This document shows, piece after piece, positions 1-11,175 of a stretch of DNA of 64,000 bases. A program made the translations under genes and the position numbers. The stretch is from Octopus vulgaris (lineage: Eukaryota), in assembly GCA_951406725.2 (NCBI GenBank), contig OX597839.1, forward strand, positions 27,404,001 to 27,468,000, read 5' to 3'. Within the stretch, counting starts at the first letter, position 1, and every line of letters begins with the position of its first letter. The notes below the pieces were generated by a model. That model saw nothing but the letters and a program-made list of their open reading frames with translations. It did no database searches and was not told the DNA's origin.

Positions 1-9
1 TTTATATAT

Positions 10-572
10 AGAGATTACTTAGAAAGGTTTTGGCCAGTATTGGCCCAGGCCATGTCTAACTTAATAGCACCACTTGGCGGAGTCTTTCAATTCAGGATTT
101 GGGCACCAAGGCCCATTCGAGCAGAGAGTTATTGTTTATTTAGACCAGTGGTTTTCAACCAGGGTTCCGCCAGTACAGTCCAGGGGTTCCGCAAGAAGTT
201 ACAAAAATGCTAAAATCGACAGTAATTTTTAATTCTCCTGTGCAGACATGTGTGCATAAGACAATTAAATTATTGCACAGGGGTTCCTCGAGCCAGTGAA
301 ATGTTTTCTTGGGGTTCCGCTCCAGCAAAAAGGTTGAAAAGCACTGGTTTAGACATATCCGGGTGTGGGTGGTTTGTCCGGGACTGTTTGAAGGAATTTG
401 TCCAAAGACTTCTTGAATTGTGTGTGGTCAGTTTCTGTTTTGACGTGTCCTGGTGTAATGTTGAAGAGAGCGGGTCCAATTGAGGTGAAATAATTGTGCC
501 GTATTGTTGTTATGAGATGCGATTTAGATTTTTGTTGTGGACGGATGGCACGGGGTCCAAGTCTTGCATTTG
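10..572 (-). mobile_element. 3' end of a CR1/L2-group LINE (ORF2 C-terminus plus 3' UTR), interrupted by a hAT MITE
   Basis: Minus-strand translation NARLGPR...GPALFNITP...FKKSLDKFLQTVPDKP parallels the C-terminus of the RT ORF at 7940-9733 (GPQLFNILP...FKMKLDLFLSGVPDEP). Confidence 0.8.
146..346. mobile_element. hAT-type MITE (~200 bp)
   Basis: TIRs CAGTGGTTTTCAACC / GGTTGAAAAGCACTG; 8-bp TSD ATTTAGAC (138-145) / GTTTAGAC (347-354). Confidence 0.85.
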
Positions 573-725
573 ACTGCGGCCATGCTGGAGCACCGCCTTT
601 AATCGAACAAATCGCCCCCCAGGATTTGTTCTTTGTACGCCTGCTACTTCTGTCGGTCTTTTTAGCCGAACCGCTAAGATACGGACACGTAAACACACCA
701 CCATCGGTTGTCAAGCGATGTTGGG

Positions 726-785
<60 letters not shown>

Positions 786-950
786 GTACGACGGGCTTCT
801 TTCAGCATGCGTCTACCAAATCCACTCACAAGGCTTTGGTCGGCCCTAGGCTATAGCAGAAGACACTTGCCCAAGGTGCCACGCAGTGGGAATGAACCGG
901 AACCATGTGGTTGGAAAGCAAGCTGCTTACCACACAGCCACTCCAGCGCT
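570..950 (-). mobile_element. tRNA-derived SINE family A with internal (CA)n(TA)n microsatellite
   Basis: Pol III A/B-box-like head (GGAGTGGCTGTGTGGTAAG...GGTTCATTCCC). Homologous copies at 26977-27335, 34415-34660, 5335-5535, 25925-26100 and 36050-36205. Confidence 0.85.
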
Positions 951-1414
951 TGTTTTTTTTTTATTTTTTTGTTTTTGCTTTTATCTCTCTTTATTTTCTG
1001 AGTTCAAATTCCGTCCAGATTGACGTCTAAATTTGGAGATTTAGGAAATTAATTCACTAAATCATTTGTATCGACCAGACTGTTGGATCTTGTGGTACAC
1101 CGCTGGTCACGATTCACTTCGTTGCGTTCTACTGCTTTTTCGAAGGATATCAACCCACCGCTGGCTTGACAGGCGGGCAAGCAGGAAGGTAGTCAGGACA
1201 ATGTTACCCATAAAAGGAAGGAAGGGAAGGGCATCGCAGTGTTGCCTCTTTACGGCTGAGCGGACGGGGGCAATGAGAAATGGAGTGTTTTGTTCAAGAG
1301 CACGAAACTCCACCAGTCTGAGAATCGAAACCACGATATTCCGATCGTGAGTGCAACACCCTGACCTCTAGGCCACGCACCTTCCCTATGAAACAAATTA
1401 CGATTCAAAATCCG

Positions 1415-1660
1415 GTTTCAAATTTTGGCGCAAGGACAACCATTTAGGGGGAGCAGTTAGTGGATTACAACGATCCCCAGGGCTCAACTGGAACTGTTTT
1501 ATCGAATACCTGTTCTCAACTGATACTTAATTCATCAACGCCGAAGGAATGAAAGGCAAAGTCGACCCCTGTGGAATTCGAACTCAGAACGCAAAGACGA
1601 GCGATATGCCGCCAAGCATTTTCCGCGGCCTGCTGACGACTCTGTCAGTTCGCCGCCTTA
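1415..1660 (-). mobile_element. SINE family B copy
   Basis: Matches the recurrent GGCGGCGAGCTGGCAGAA...GAGTTCAAATTCC...GCCTTTCATCCTTTCGGGGTCGAT repeat, present in >15 copies in the window. Confidence 0.8.
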
Positions 1661-1701
1661 AGCTACCAAAATACTGCAAAACTTTTGACTCAACACAACA
1701 A

Positions 1702-1775
<74 letters not shown>

Positions 1776-1943
1776 TCATATTTATTAATTCATAATAGAA
1801 TATGAGGATAAAAATCACGTTAATGATTTTTATCAGTTAGTCAGCATGCTATAAAAATTTATTGGCAATTAATACGTTAAATTTATAATAATATACATAT
1901 GTATATAATTATTAAGTAATTATATATTTATGACTTTATCTAA

Positions 1944-1996
<53 letters not shown>

Positions 1997-1999
<3 letters not shown>

Positions 2000-2318
2000 T
2001 AAACCTCACTAAGATAAATATTTCAATTAACCTGAAGATTGACTGTAACCATAACTCGAATTATTACGAATTGTACAGCCATGAAACGATCGTAGTGTTT
2101 TACTCTTTATCTTTTATTAAACTTTTAATACTTTTGATATATATCTTAAAATAATATAAATTAATTAATTTTATGTATTGGCTTATGTTTTTCATTGTTT
2201 GATTTGCCTAATAGTGGTTTTATCTCTAATTTGATATAATATAATATTTTACTATAAAATTGGATTTAATCCTAAATCTGATTTTTCCCTGTAAGTTTGG
2301 ATTTATTCCCTAATATTT

Positions 2319-2325
<7 letters not shown>
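1997..2325 (+). mobile_element. (TA)n-embedded hammerhead-bearing element, family H1 (Penelope pseudo-LTR-like)
   Basis: CTGAAGA 2032-2038, stem II, GAAA 2083-2086, CGATCG, TA. Its 3' ~150 bp are the reverse complement of the starts of the elements at 34764 and 48655. (TA)n on both sides. Confidence 0.7.
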
Positions 2326-2353
<28 letters not shown>

Positions 2354-2866
2354 CAGCAAAACAATTTGATTCAAAAGAATATGGAACTTAACTTAGATAC
2401 ACCAGAATTTTTTTTATGGTTTTAACCATAAAATGATGTGGGGTGATTATAACCAAAAAATAAGCAACAAGAATGGATCGGCAGTTAAGTACTAAACTAC
2501 CGATCCATTCTTGTTGCGTTTTTTTTGAAAGGGATGTGTTATAATACTCTTCCACGTATACAAAAACAGCCATACCAACAATCCAACATACCTCCCTCAT
2601 CAGCTGCCCCACGAATATCATTATGGTTTCGACACCTGGGCAGTACCGTTCAATCCGGCGGTGTTAACAGCACTAAAAGTTGTTTGGGAACAAACATACC
2701 AAAGAAACCACAGCTTTCAAACACATTTATTTACTTTATGTACAACAGTATCAATAAATGAATTCAAATATATCTGTATGTATGCATGTACGTATGTATG
2801 TATTTCTGAGTTGTATTTGTCTGGCAAGTGCTATGATGTGAGCGCATGTGTTGAAATTAAAGCAAA

Positions 2867-3268
2867 TCTTTATATATAAAAGTCAAGTTGTGTGAGTGTC
2901 TGTCTCCTACGATTTAGATTCCTAACTACTCCCACATTTTGCGGTGCAGTTTAACCAAAACCGGGTATCTAATAGTCGTGATTCATATCGAGCCCTTCTG
3001 GGTATTAGCGCACGTCTACGATGAGTCTACGATTAAAAAAAAAATTACCATAATTTTTTTCCATTTTAATGCATTTTTTTCGATATTATGTAAGGGAAGT
3101 AACTCTCTAAAAATGTCTACGATGAGTCAACGATTTTTAAAAAAATTACCATCATTTTTTTCCATTTTTAATACATTTTTTTGCTATTTTTTTATTCTAT
3201 AACTCTCTAAAAATGCTTATATAGTTATTTCCCTTACAAACCCAAGCAACGCCGGGCGATACTGCTAG
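2867..3268 (+). mobile_element. Non-autonomous Helitron
   Basis: 5' TC, subterminal GC-rich hairpin-like CCCAAGCAACGCCGGG, 3' CTAG, inserted between A and T, no TSD. Confidence 0.75.
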
Positions 3269-3624
3269 TATAACATAAAGAAGACACAAACAAACACCCG
3301 TACCCACAGCCTGTTAACTTCATTGAAACACTCATTATTTGGTGTCAAAAGTGTCACCAAATGTCAACTGGTTGCTGAATCAATCCTGCAACATCTCTCT
3401 CCGCTGCATCTGTGGATCAGACAGAGGGCAGGTATGGTGTTTTGACAGTTTTTAACAGAAGTGAGAATTTTTTTCTCCACGATAACTGCAGTGAATTCGC
3501 CATTAGAAGTTAAAATATGTTACAAACATATTTTAACAAACCGAAAGTTCGCTGATGCCTAAACACTGCTTAGTACTGAGTTCCTACCACCTGGTGGTCG
3601 AATAGTGCGAATCAATTTGAGGGA

Positions 3625-3820
3625 GGGTCAGCGCGACACAGAGTGTGACAAGGCCGGTCCTTTTGAATTACACGTACATCTCATTTTTTGCCAGGTGAGT
3701 GGACTGGAGCAATCGGAAATAAAGTATCTTGCTGAAGGGCACAACGCCTCGCTGTGAATCGAACTCATGACCTTACGATGGTGAGCTGTATGCGTCTAAC
3801 CACTATGCTACGCGCTTTCA
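3625..3820 (-). mobile_element. tRNA/CORE-like SINE family E
   Basis: Homologous to 20800-20965 (-), 53330-53495 (+), 35375-35495 (-) and 44125-44232 (-); tRNA-like head followed by a CCTTGAGCAAGACACTT-type segment. Confidence 0.7.
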
Positions 3821-3876
3821 TGACGAATTGATACACGCACAAACAGACGAACCTAAATAATAATAATAATAATAAT

Positions 3877-4090
3877 CCTTTCTATTAAACGTTCAAAGCC
3901 TGAAATTTTGGGGTGGCGGGCTAGTCGATTAGATCGCCCCCTGTACGTAACTGGTACTTAATTTATCGACCCCGAAATGAGGAAAGGCAAAATCGACCAT
4001 GGCGGAATTTGAACTCAGAACGTAGCGATGGGCGAAATACTGCTAAGCATTTTGACCGGTGTGCTAGCGATTCTGCCAGCTCGCCGCCTT
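3877..4090 (-). mobile_element. SINE family B copy
   Basis: Full-length match to the family B sequence. Confidence 0.85.
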
Positions 4091-4105
4091 AACAAAAACA
4101 ACAAC

Positions 4106-4138
<33 letters not shown>

Positions 4139-4139
4139 T

Positions 4140-4694
4140 GCCCTGATGCAGTACCAGGCAGTGGCTCTCATGGCTTCTGATCTTAACTGATTGTAAGTGT
4201 TATCATGTACATTGTTTTGTCTTGGTATAAAAGATGGGCTACAGCAAATATCCTGCTCAATACCACAGATTTGCTTGTCAGTTGTTTGACCTTAACTAGT
4301 GGAGCATGTCCCTTAGTGGCTGACGATATGCGCATCTCTGATCACGCGCAGAAGTAGTGAGAGAGCATCATAGCCATGTGCTGAGAGGGATTCTTTGGGG
4401 TTTGAATAATTCACCTCTGGAAACATGGGTGGTTCTTTCAACATCCTTAAACAACCCTTATTCAGGAACCTTTTGAGTGGGATGGGCTACTTGATCTGAA
4501 GAAATTTCTAACTGGGCCCCACCTGCAAGGTCATGCGCTATTTATCTTGATATGAGATCACCATGTTGCGCACATATGGTTGTGATGCCTGGTGTACCCT
4601 TATCAGACGAGTAGTCATGATGGGTTTACTGGGCTTCGTATATCCTTAACCCAGTGTCACTTTGACGGCATGAACTGCTCTCTCTCACTCACTC

Positions 4695-4695
<1 letters not shown>
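4140..4695 (+). mobile_element. (AAT)n-flanked non-coding interspersed element, family C
   Basis: Inverted homologue at 9822-10345 and partial copy at 19155-19318; the two longer copies are bounded on both sides by (AAT)n/(ATT)n. Confidence 0.8.
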
Positions 4696-4727
<32 letters not shown>

Positions 4728-5608
4728 AATAAATAGATAACTAAATAAATAAATGAGAGTTCGTAAACTGTTTGGAAGACACTTGCCCATGGTGTCGCAC
4801 ATTGAAATCGAACACAGGATCAGGAGAGTACGCAGCGCACTTCTTAACCACACAGCTACGTCCTTTACAACTGCAGGTTTTACAATTAACTCCTCCTCCT
4901 CCTCCTCTTCCTCCTCCTCCTCTGTTTATATAAGACGTTCAATCAACTCTGTCCGGCAAATATGTTTGCGTTGTGGTTTTTCTAGTGAGTGTTTGGAAGT
5001 GAGTAATTATATTGTCACTTTATCAAGACATATAATTAAGGTTTACACTTTATTCTAGCGAAGGCTGGATCGGGGTGGTGCGTGTGTGTGTGGGTGGCCT
5101 TGTGGTGGTGGTGGTGGTGGTGGTGGTAGTGATGGTTGGAGAGGTAAATCCCATTCTAGATTATATAAATCGCAAAATTACTATTGATTTATATCAAAAT
5201 GTAATCAAATAATATCTGTTTTAATTCGGAACCTGTAATTACAAGATTTCCATTTACAAAGCAACCATTTGTCATAGGAATGGTAAAATATCGCTTCGGC
5301 TCGATTTTATTTATTTATTTTATTTTTTTAATCTTTTACTTGCCGCCCATGCTAGGGCAATGCTTTGATGGATTTGGACTGAAGAACAAATCATCCCCAG
5401 TAGTTTAAAAAAATTTTTTTAGAACATGGTACTTATTCTATCGGTCTCTTTGCCCAAACAGCTATGTTACAGCGATGTAAACAAACCAATACCGGTCGTC
5501 AAGTGATAATGGGTGACAAATACATCACACACGCACAGATTATTTATCTATCTATCTATCTATCTTTCTCTATCTATCTATCTATCTATCTACCTATGTA
5601 TATAGCTA

Positions 5609-5659
<51 letters not shown>

Positions 5660-6498
5660 GGGTCAATCTTGAGCGACTTCAACACAGCCAAAGCATTCTA
5701 TAGGGGATTAGTGGAGGGGAGGTACGACGACGAGCTAGGGGCGAACCTGGACGTCGACGAGGAATACCTGACCAGCCTGTTCAGGACGTCTTTCAGGCCA
5801 GGACCCATAGACAACTTCCAGATATCCCTGGCCTGGCAGTGCTACCGAGAAGCGCTACCCGTTTGGGATAAGCTCTACAGACACGGCTCGAGAAACACGG
5901 GGCCGACCTGCCCGAGATGAGGTCAGAGCGACGAACCGTTCTGCACGAACTCGTACAGTGTCCAACCATTTCCGACTTGTGGGCTTATGTCGAACGACTG
6001 CTGTCACGTGTGGGACGAGTCGGTTTATCAGCCGAGTCTATCGTCAATATTGTCACGCCTCCTTCCTTCAAACGGGAAGGAAGAGCTATTTTCATCATTC
6101 TTGTGGCTATGGCGAAAGAATGTATCTGGTGGACACGTCTGAAAGGATAGGAGACAAACACTTTCCTCTCTGGTCAATCTCTCATTAACTTCTTCAAGTA
6201 TCACTTGAAAAGGAAAGTGAGAGTAGAGAGGCAAGTTTTGTCTATTGAATGTTTCAAAAAAAGATGGGTGAATGTAGCAAGGATGGCATGTATGAATGAC
6301 GAAACCACCTTCAGCATAATCCTATGAACCCGGAAAAATTTTAAACAGAGGGTTATTTTCTTCCAAACAAATGTATTAACATGTGACATTATGGATCGAG
6401 GTTACCGTGGTCTTTTCCCAGTTTTTTTTTCTCCACAGAAAAGCTCTACTTTGTAATCTGTCCCGTCTGTGTGCAGCCCTGTGAGGCTAATAAAGAAA
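5660..6498 (+). mobile_element. 3' end of an L1/Tx1-clade non-LTR retrotransposon inserted in (TCTA)n
   Basis: Degenerate C-terminal zinc-knuckle region (TCPR*GQS..E/TVLHELVQC..LW...IWWTR), AATAAA at 6489-6494, (TCTA)n on both flanks. Confidence 0.8.
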
Positions 6499-6554
6499 CA
6501 TATCTATCTGTCTATCTATCTATTGTTTCCGGTTCCAACATCTCTCTTCTTTCC

Positions 6555-7055
6555 TCCACACGATTAATGAAGCCATTAAATTTAAACGTAACTTCATCAC
6601 TGCAAACAATTTTTGTTGCAAAATGTGCATCTTCTGCACATCTTGCCAGGCACCACGCAAAAAAAACACAACTCTTCGATCCGGAGACCATCCTTGTAGA
6701 CAACATGGACTATTTTTGGAATGTAATTTTTCCAATGGCAACGTTCAAAATTTCATTGATGCTTGATTTTAAAATTTCTGTCTCACGACTTGCTTGCCAC
6801 AGTTTTCTTTTCTAGTACCTTCTAATTCTTTGTGGGAACTGTCGACGTCCTTTCCCTTTAGAATGTTTCTTGTGAACATTATCAACAATTCCATTTGCTT
6901 CAAACTTACTGTACTTCTAAATTAAGTGATGGTATATCACGTAGGTAGATCTGTCTGAAACTCCCTTCTAAACTGTCTTTGCATTTCGACTGCATTTTGA
7001 AACTTCCGGTAGCACTTTGTGATAAATTTCCTTAGTTCAAAGTTTAGCCTGACCC
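6555..7055 (-). pseudogene. Degenerate Tc1/mariner-superfamily transposase (N-terminal HTH plus first catalytic Asp region)
   Basis: Fragments [38 protein letters not shown] and [18 protein letters not shown] across frameshifts. Confidence 0.7.
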
Positions 7056-7074
7056 TATTTTTTTTTAATGGTTT

Positions 7075-7292
7075 AAGGCAGCGAGCTGTCAGAGTGGCAA
7101 GCACGCTGGACGAAATTCTTAGAACCATTTTGGCCATCTTTACATATTTAGTTCAGCTTCCACCAAGGCCAGCTTTGCATTCCATCTTTTCGAGTCGATA
7201 AAACAAGTACCAGCTGAGCACTAGGGTCGATGTAACTGATTGGAACCCCTCCCTACCCAAAATTTCAAGCTTTGTACCTCAGTAGAAAGAAT
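7075..7292 (+). mobile_element. SINE family B copy (diverged)
   Basis: Homology to family B; ends in the (ATT)n tract that carries the LINE. Confidence 0.75.
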
Positions 7293-7336
7293 TATTATTG
7301 TTGTTATTATTAATATTATTATTATTATTATTATTA

Positions 7337-9810
7337 ATACACTGGATCTCTGCTTCACAAATGACATGGATCTCATCCATAATGTGAAAGTGACACCGAC
7401 ACTACTCTCGGATCACAACATGATAGAGCTGACCATGTACGGGCCAAAAGAGAGCACGGACATGCAGACTACAAGAAACCCCCAGAATCTTTCCAGCTTG
7501 AACTACCATAAGGCAAACTGGAAACAAATTGAGAAAGAGATCCTCAAACAAAACTGGCCTAAATGTCTCTCCTCGCCAGACATCGACGTGAAACTTCAAC
7601 AATTCATGTCTGTAATGCAAGCCATATGCTACAAATGTGTCCCAGAGAGAAAGGCCACTGTACACAAGAACGAAATCCCCAGAGAGAGGAAAATTTTAAT
7701 GAGACGGCGTACAAAATTTTCAAATCGCCTAAACAAACAGATTGAAAGCAGTGAAAAGTCCCGCCTAAAAATAAAACTGTTGGAAATCGAAAAATGTCTG
7801 CAACTCTCCCATGAAAAGGAAAGAGCAGACAAAGAAGCCTGGGCTATAGACAACATAAAATCTAACCCCAGAGCTTTCTACAGGTATGCCAAAGAAACAG
7901 CTACGGTGCACTGTAGAATAGGGCCACTCCTCGAAAAGGATGGCACACTTACAGGAAAAACCAATGAGGGTAAGTGAAATACTGAATGAGCAATTCAAGA
8001 GTGTTTTCACTCCACCCCTTGGGCATCTCCAAATCACCAATCCAACTGACTTTTTTACCACTGCAGATATAAAATCAGAGGCGGCGACGATAGATTACAT
8101 CGATATAAAGGAAGACGATGTAATCAAGGCTATAGATGAAATGAAAACAGACTCAGCTACTGGCCCCGATGGATTCCCGGCAATCCTCCTAAAAGCATGT
8201 AAGAGAGTCCTAGCAAGACCACTGCAGTTCCTCTTTCAGAGCTTCCTTGCAGCTGGCAAACTTCCAAGAAAACTGAAGGAAGGTAAAATATGCCCCATTC
8301 ATAAAGGAGGTAGCAGAGCGGAAGCCAAGAACTATAGACCTATCTCTCTGACCTCACACATCAGCAAGGTCATGGAACGAATAGTCAGAAGGAAGCTGAT
8401 CACCTTCCTTGAAGAGAATGACTTGCTGCCCGACACCCAACATGGTTTCCGACCAGGGAGAAGCTGTTTAACTCAGCTCCTACAACACTATGACTGGGTG
8501 CTGAAACGGCTGCTCAACCACTCAAATGTGGAAGTGATATATCTCGACTTTGCAAAGGCCTTTGATAAAGTCGATCATGGAATGATATGTCACAAACTGC
8601 GTGATCTCAACATAGTTGGAAAACTGGGAGAATGGCTTCATGACTTTCTGAAAGATAGAAGTCAGGTGGTAGTGGCCAATGGGGCCACTTCCATTAACAC
8701 GCAAATAGTGAGCGGTGTTCCGCAGGGCACTGTTCTGGGACCACTACTGTTCATAATGGCCCTCTCAGACATGCCCTCAGCCACGCAGAGAGCCACGATC
8801 ACAAGTTATGCAGATGATACAAAAGTTTCACAGGCAATACAGAACCCTGAGGACACTAAACACCTGCAATGTGAGCTAGACAAAATATACAAGTGGGCCG
8901 AAAAGAATAGCATGCAGTTCAATGCTGAAAAGTTTCAAGCTCTATACTATCAGCATGCAAAACTAAATGCAATACCCAATCAATACACTGGACCCGGAGG
9001 AATAGCAATCCCAGAGGCACAATCAGTGCGTGACCTAGGTATTTACATGAGTGATGACGCGACCTTTCGTGTACATGTTGCTAAATTGGCAATGAAATGT
9101 AGACGACTGGCCGGATGGATCCTCAGAACCTTTAGAACAAGAGAACAAGAAACCATGATGGTCCTCTGGAGGACACTTGTCCTAAGCCACTTTGACTATT
9201 GCTCTCAGTTATGGTCACCATCCAGTGTCAAGTTGATCACAGAGCTCGAGGCGATCCAACGTAGCTACACGAAGAAGATAGCCTCTATGCAGAATGTAAG
9301 CTACTGGGAAAGACTCAAGAGATTAAAACTATATTCCCTGGAGCGTAGGCGGGAAAGATATGCCATAATATACATCTGGAAGATCCTGGAGGGAAGTGTC
9401 CTGAACTTTGGCATCGAAAGTTACGCAAATGCCAGAACTGGGCGCCACTGCGTGGTGCCTAGGACTCCAAACTTGCCATCAAGATGTAGGACAAGATTCT
9501 GTGATAGCCTGGGCTTCCGAGGCCCACAGCTCTTCAATATCCTCCCGAAGAACCTGAGAGACCTGCATGGGGTGGATGCAGATGTCTTTAAAATGAAGCT
9601 GGATCTCTTCCTGTCAGGTGTCCCAGATGAACCAACTTCACGGCAGGAGGGGCAGATGAGGGCAGCTGCATCGAACTCTCTCATGCACCAAATAGCAGTT
9701 GCTAGAAAGCCTTCATTAAGTGAAACCAAGTAGCAACACCAAATGGCGGTGCCCCAGCATGGCCACAGCTCATAAGCTGAAACTAGAATCAATCAATCAA
9801 TCAATCAATC
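7337..9810 (+). mobile_element. 5'-truncated CR1/L2-group LINE with (AATC)n tail
   Basis: AP-endonuclease C-terminus (NTLDLCFTN...SDHNMIE), RT domain, short 3' UTR with stem-loop, (AATC)n 9787-9810; inserted in (ATT)n. Confidence 0.95.
7940..9733 (+). CDS. LINE ORF2 reverse transcriptase domain (continues upstream frame 7337-7960 via one frameshift)
   Basis: Motifs GPDG, NYRPISLTS, QHGFRPGRSC, YLDFAKAFDKVDH, SGVPQGTVLGPLLF, YADD; no stop codons over 597 aa. Confidence 0.95.
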   Translation: MAHLQEKPMRVSEILNEQFKSVFTPPLGHLQITNPTDFFTTADIKSEAATIDYIDIKEDDVIKAIDEMKTDSATGPDGFPAILLKACKRVLARPLQFLFQSFLAAGKLPRKLKEGKICPIHKGGSRAEAKNYRPISLTSHISKVMERIVRRKLITFLEENDLLPDTQHGFRPGRSCLTQLLQHYDWVLKRLLNHSNVEVIYLDFAKAFDKVDHGMICHKLRDLNIVGKLGEWLHDFLKDRSQVVVANGATSINTQIVSGVPQGTVLGPLLFIMALSDMPSATQRATITSYADDTKVSQAIQNPEDTKHLQCELDKIYKWAEKNSMQFNAEKFQALYYQHAKLNAIPNQYTGPGGIAIPEAQSVRDLGIYMSDDATFRVHVAKLAMKCRRLAGWILRTFRTREQETMMVLWRTLVLSHFDYCSQLWSPSSVKLITELEAIQRSYTKKIASMQNVSYWERLKRLKLYSLERRRERYAIIYIWKILEGSVLNFGIESYANARTGRHCVVPRTPNLPSRCRTRFCDSLGFRGPQLFNILPKNLRDLHGVDADVFKMKLDLFLSGVPDEPTSRQEGQMRAAASNSLMHQIAVARKPSLSETK

Positions 9811-9821
9811 ATTATTATTAT

Positions 9822-10345
9822 TGAGTGAGAGAGCAGTTCATGCCATCAAAATGACACTGGGGTAAAATATACGAAGCCCAGTATATCCACCATGGCTACC
9901 CGTCTGGTAAGGGTACACCAGGCACATGCATCACAACCATATGTGCGCGACATGGTGATCTCATATCAAGATAAACAGCATATGACCTTGCAGGTGGGGC
10001 CCAGTTAGAAATTTCTGCAGGTTGAGTAGCCCATTCCGCTCAAAAGGTCCCTGAATAAGGGTTGTTTAAGGATGCTGAACGAAACACCCATGTTTCCAGA
10101 GGTGAATTATTCAAACCCCAAAGAATCCCTCTCAACACATGGTTATGATGCTCCCCCACTACTTCTGCTCGTGATCAGAGATGCACATATCGTCAGCCAC
10201 TAAGGGACATGCTCCACTGGTTACGGTCAAACAACTGACAAGCAAATCTGTGGTTTTGAGCAGAATATTTGCTGTAAAACCCATCTTTTATACCAAGATA
10301 AAACAATGTACATGATAACACTTCCAAATGTACATGATAACACTT
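9822..10345 (-). mobile_element. Family C element (inverted)
   Basis: Reverse complement of ~4190-4695. Confidence 0.8.
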
Positions 10346-10362
10346 TATTATTGCTATTGTTG

Positions 10363-10420
<58 letters not shown>

Positions 10421-10679
10421 GGCAGCGAGTTGGCCGAATCGTTAGTGAGCCGGACAAAATGTTCAGCGGCATTTCGCCCATCTAAGTTCAAATTCCGACA
10501 GACTCGATTTTGCCCTTCATCCTTTCGAGGTCAATGAAATAAGTACCAGTTGAGCACTGGGGTCGGTGTAATTGGCTGTCCCCTTCTCCCAAAATTGCTG
10601 GCCTTGTGCCCATTGTAGAAAGAATTGTATCTAATGGGTTAAATCTAAAAAGAAATGAAAATTCAGCTCTTACAGGATG

Positions 10680-11175
10680 TAAAACCTTTTTGGAAAACCG
10701 TATGCATTTGAAAGAATTTAAAAGAGGTTTTTACGGGGGTTATTGAATGGGTTCAGCTGTTAATGGGTTCTGGGTTAAAAGGTTGGAAAGGAGTTTAAAT
10801 GGGTTCTGCTGTAAAAGGTAGGAAACTGCTGACCTAGATAGACTGGCCCTTTAAAGAAGTGAAGAGACCTGGTAAGAAACTTTTTTAGAAAACCCTGCGG
10901 ATTTGAAAGAAATTAAAGAGGTTTACGGGGGTTATTGAATTTACCAAAATGGGTTCTTCTGTTGAAAGATTGGAAAGTGCTGATCTAGATAGACTAGCCC
11001 TTTAAAGAAGTGAATAGGTCTGGCAAGAAAGTTTATTTTTAGAAAACCCTGCGAATTTGAAAGAAATTAAAGAGGTTTACGGGGGTTATTGAATTTACCA
11101 AAATGGGTTCTTCTGTTGAAAGATTGGAAAGTGCTGATCTAGACAGACTGGCCTTTAAAGAAGTGAAGAGACCTG
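10680..11175 (+). repeat. Tandem ~154-bp repeat (about 3 units) resembling a hAT MITE right end
   Basis: AAAACCCTGCG at 10889 and 11043; the units end in GGGTTC...TGCTGAYCTAGA, like 311-354. Confidence 0.65.
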
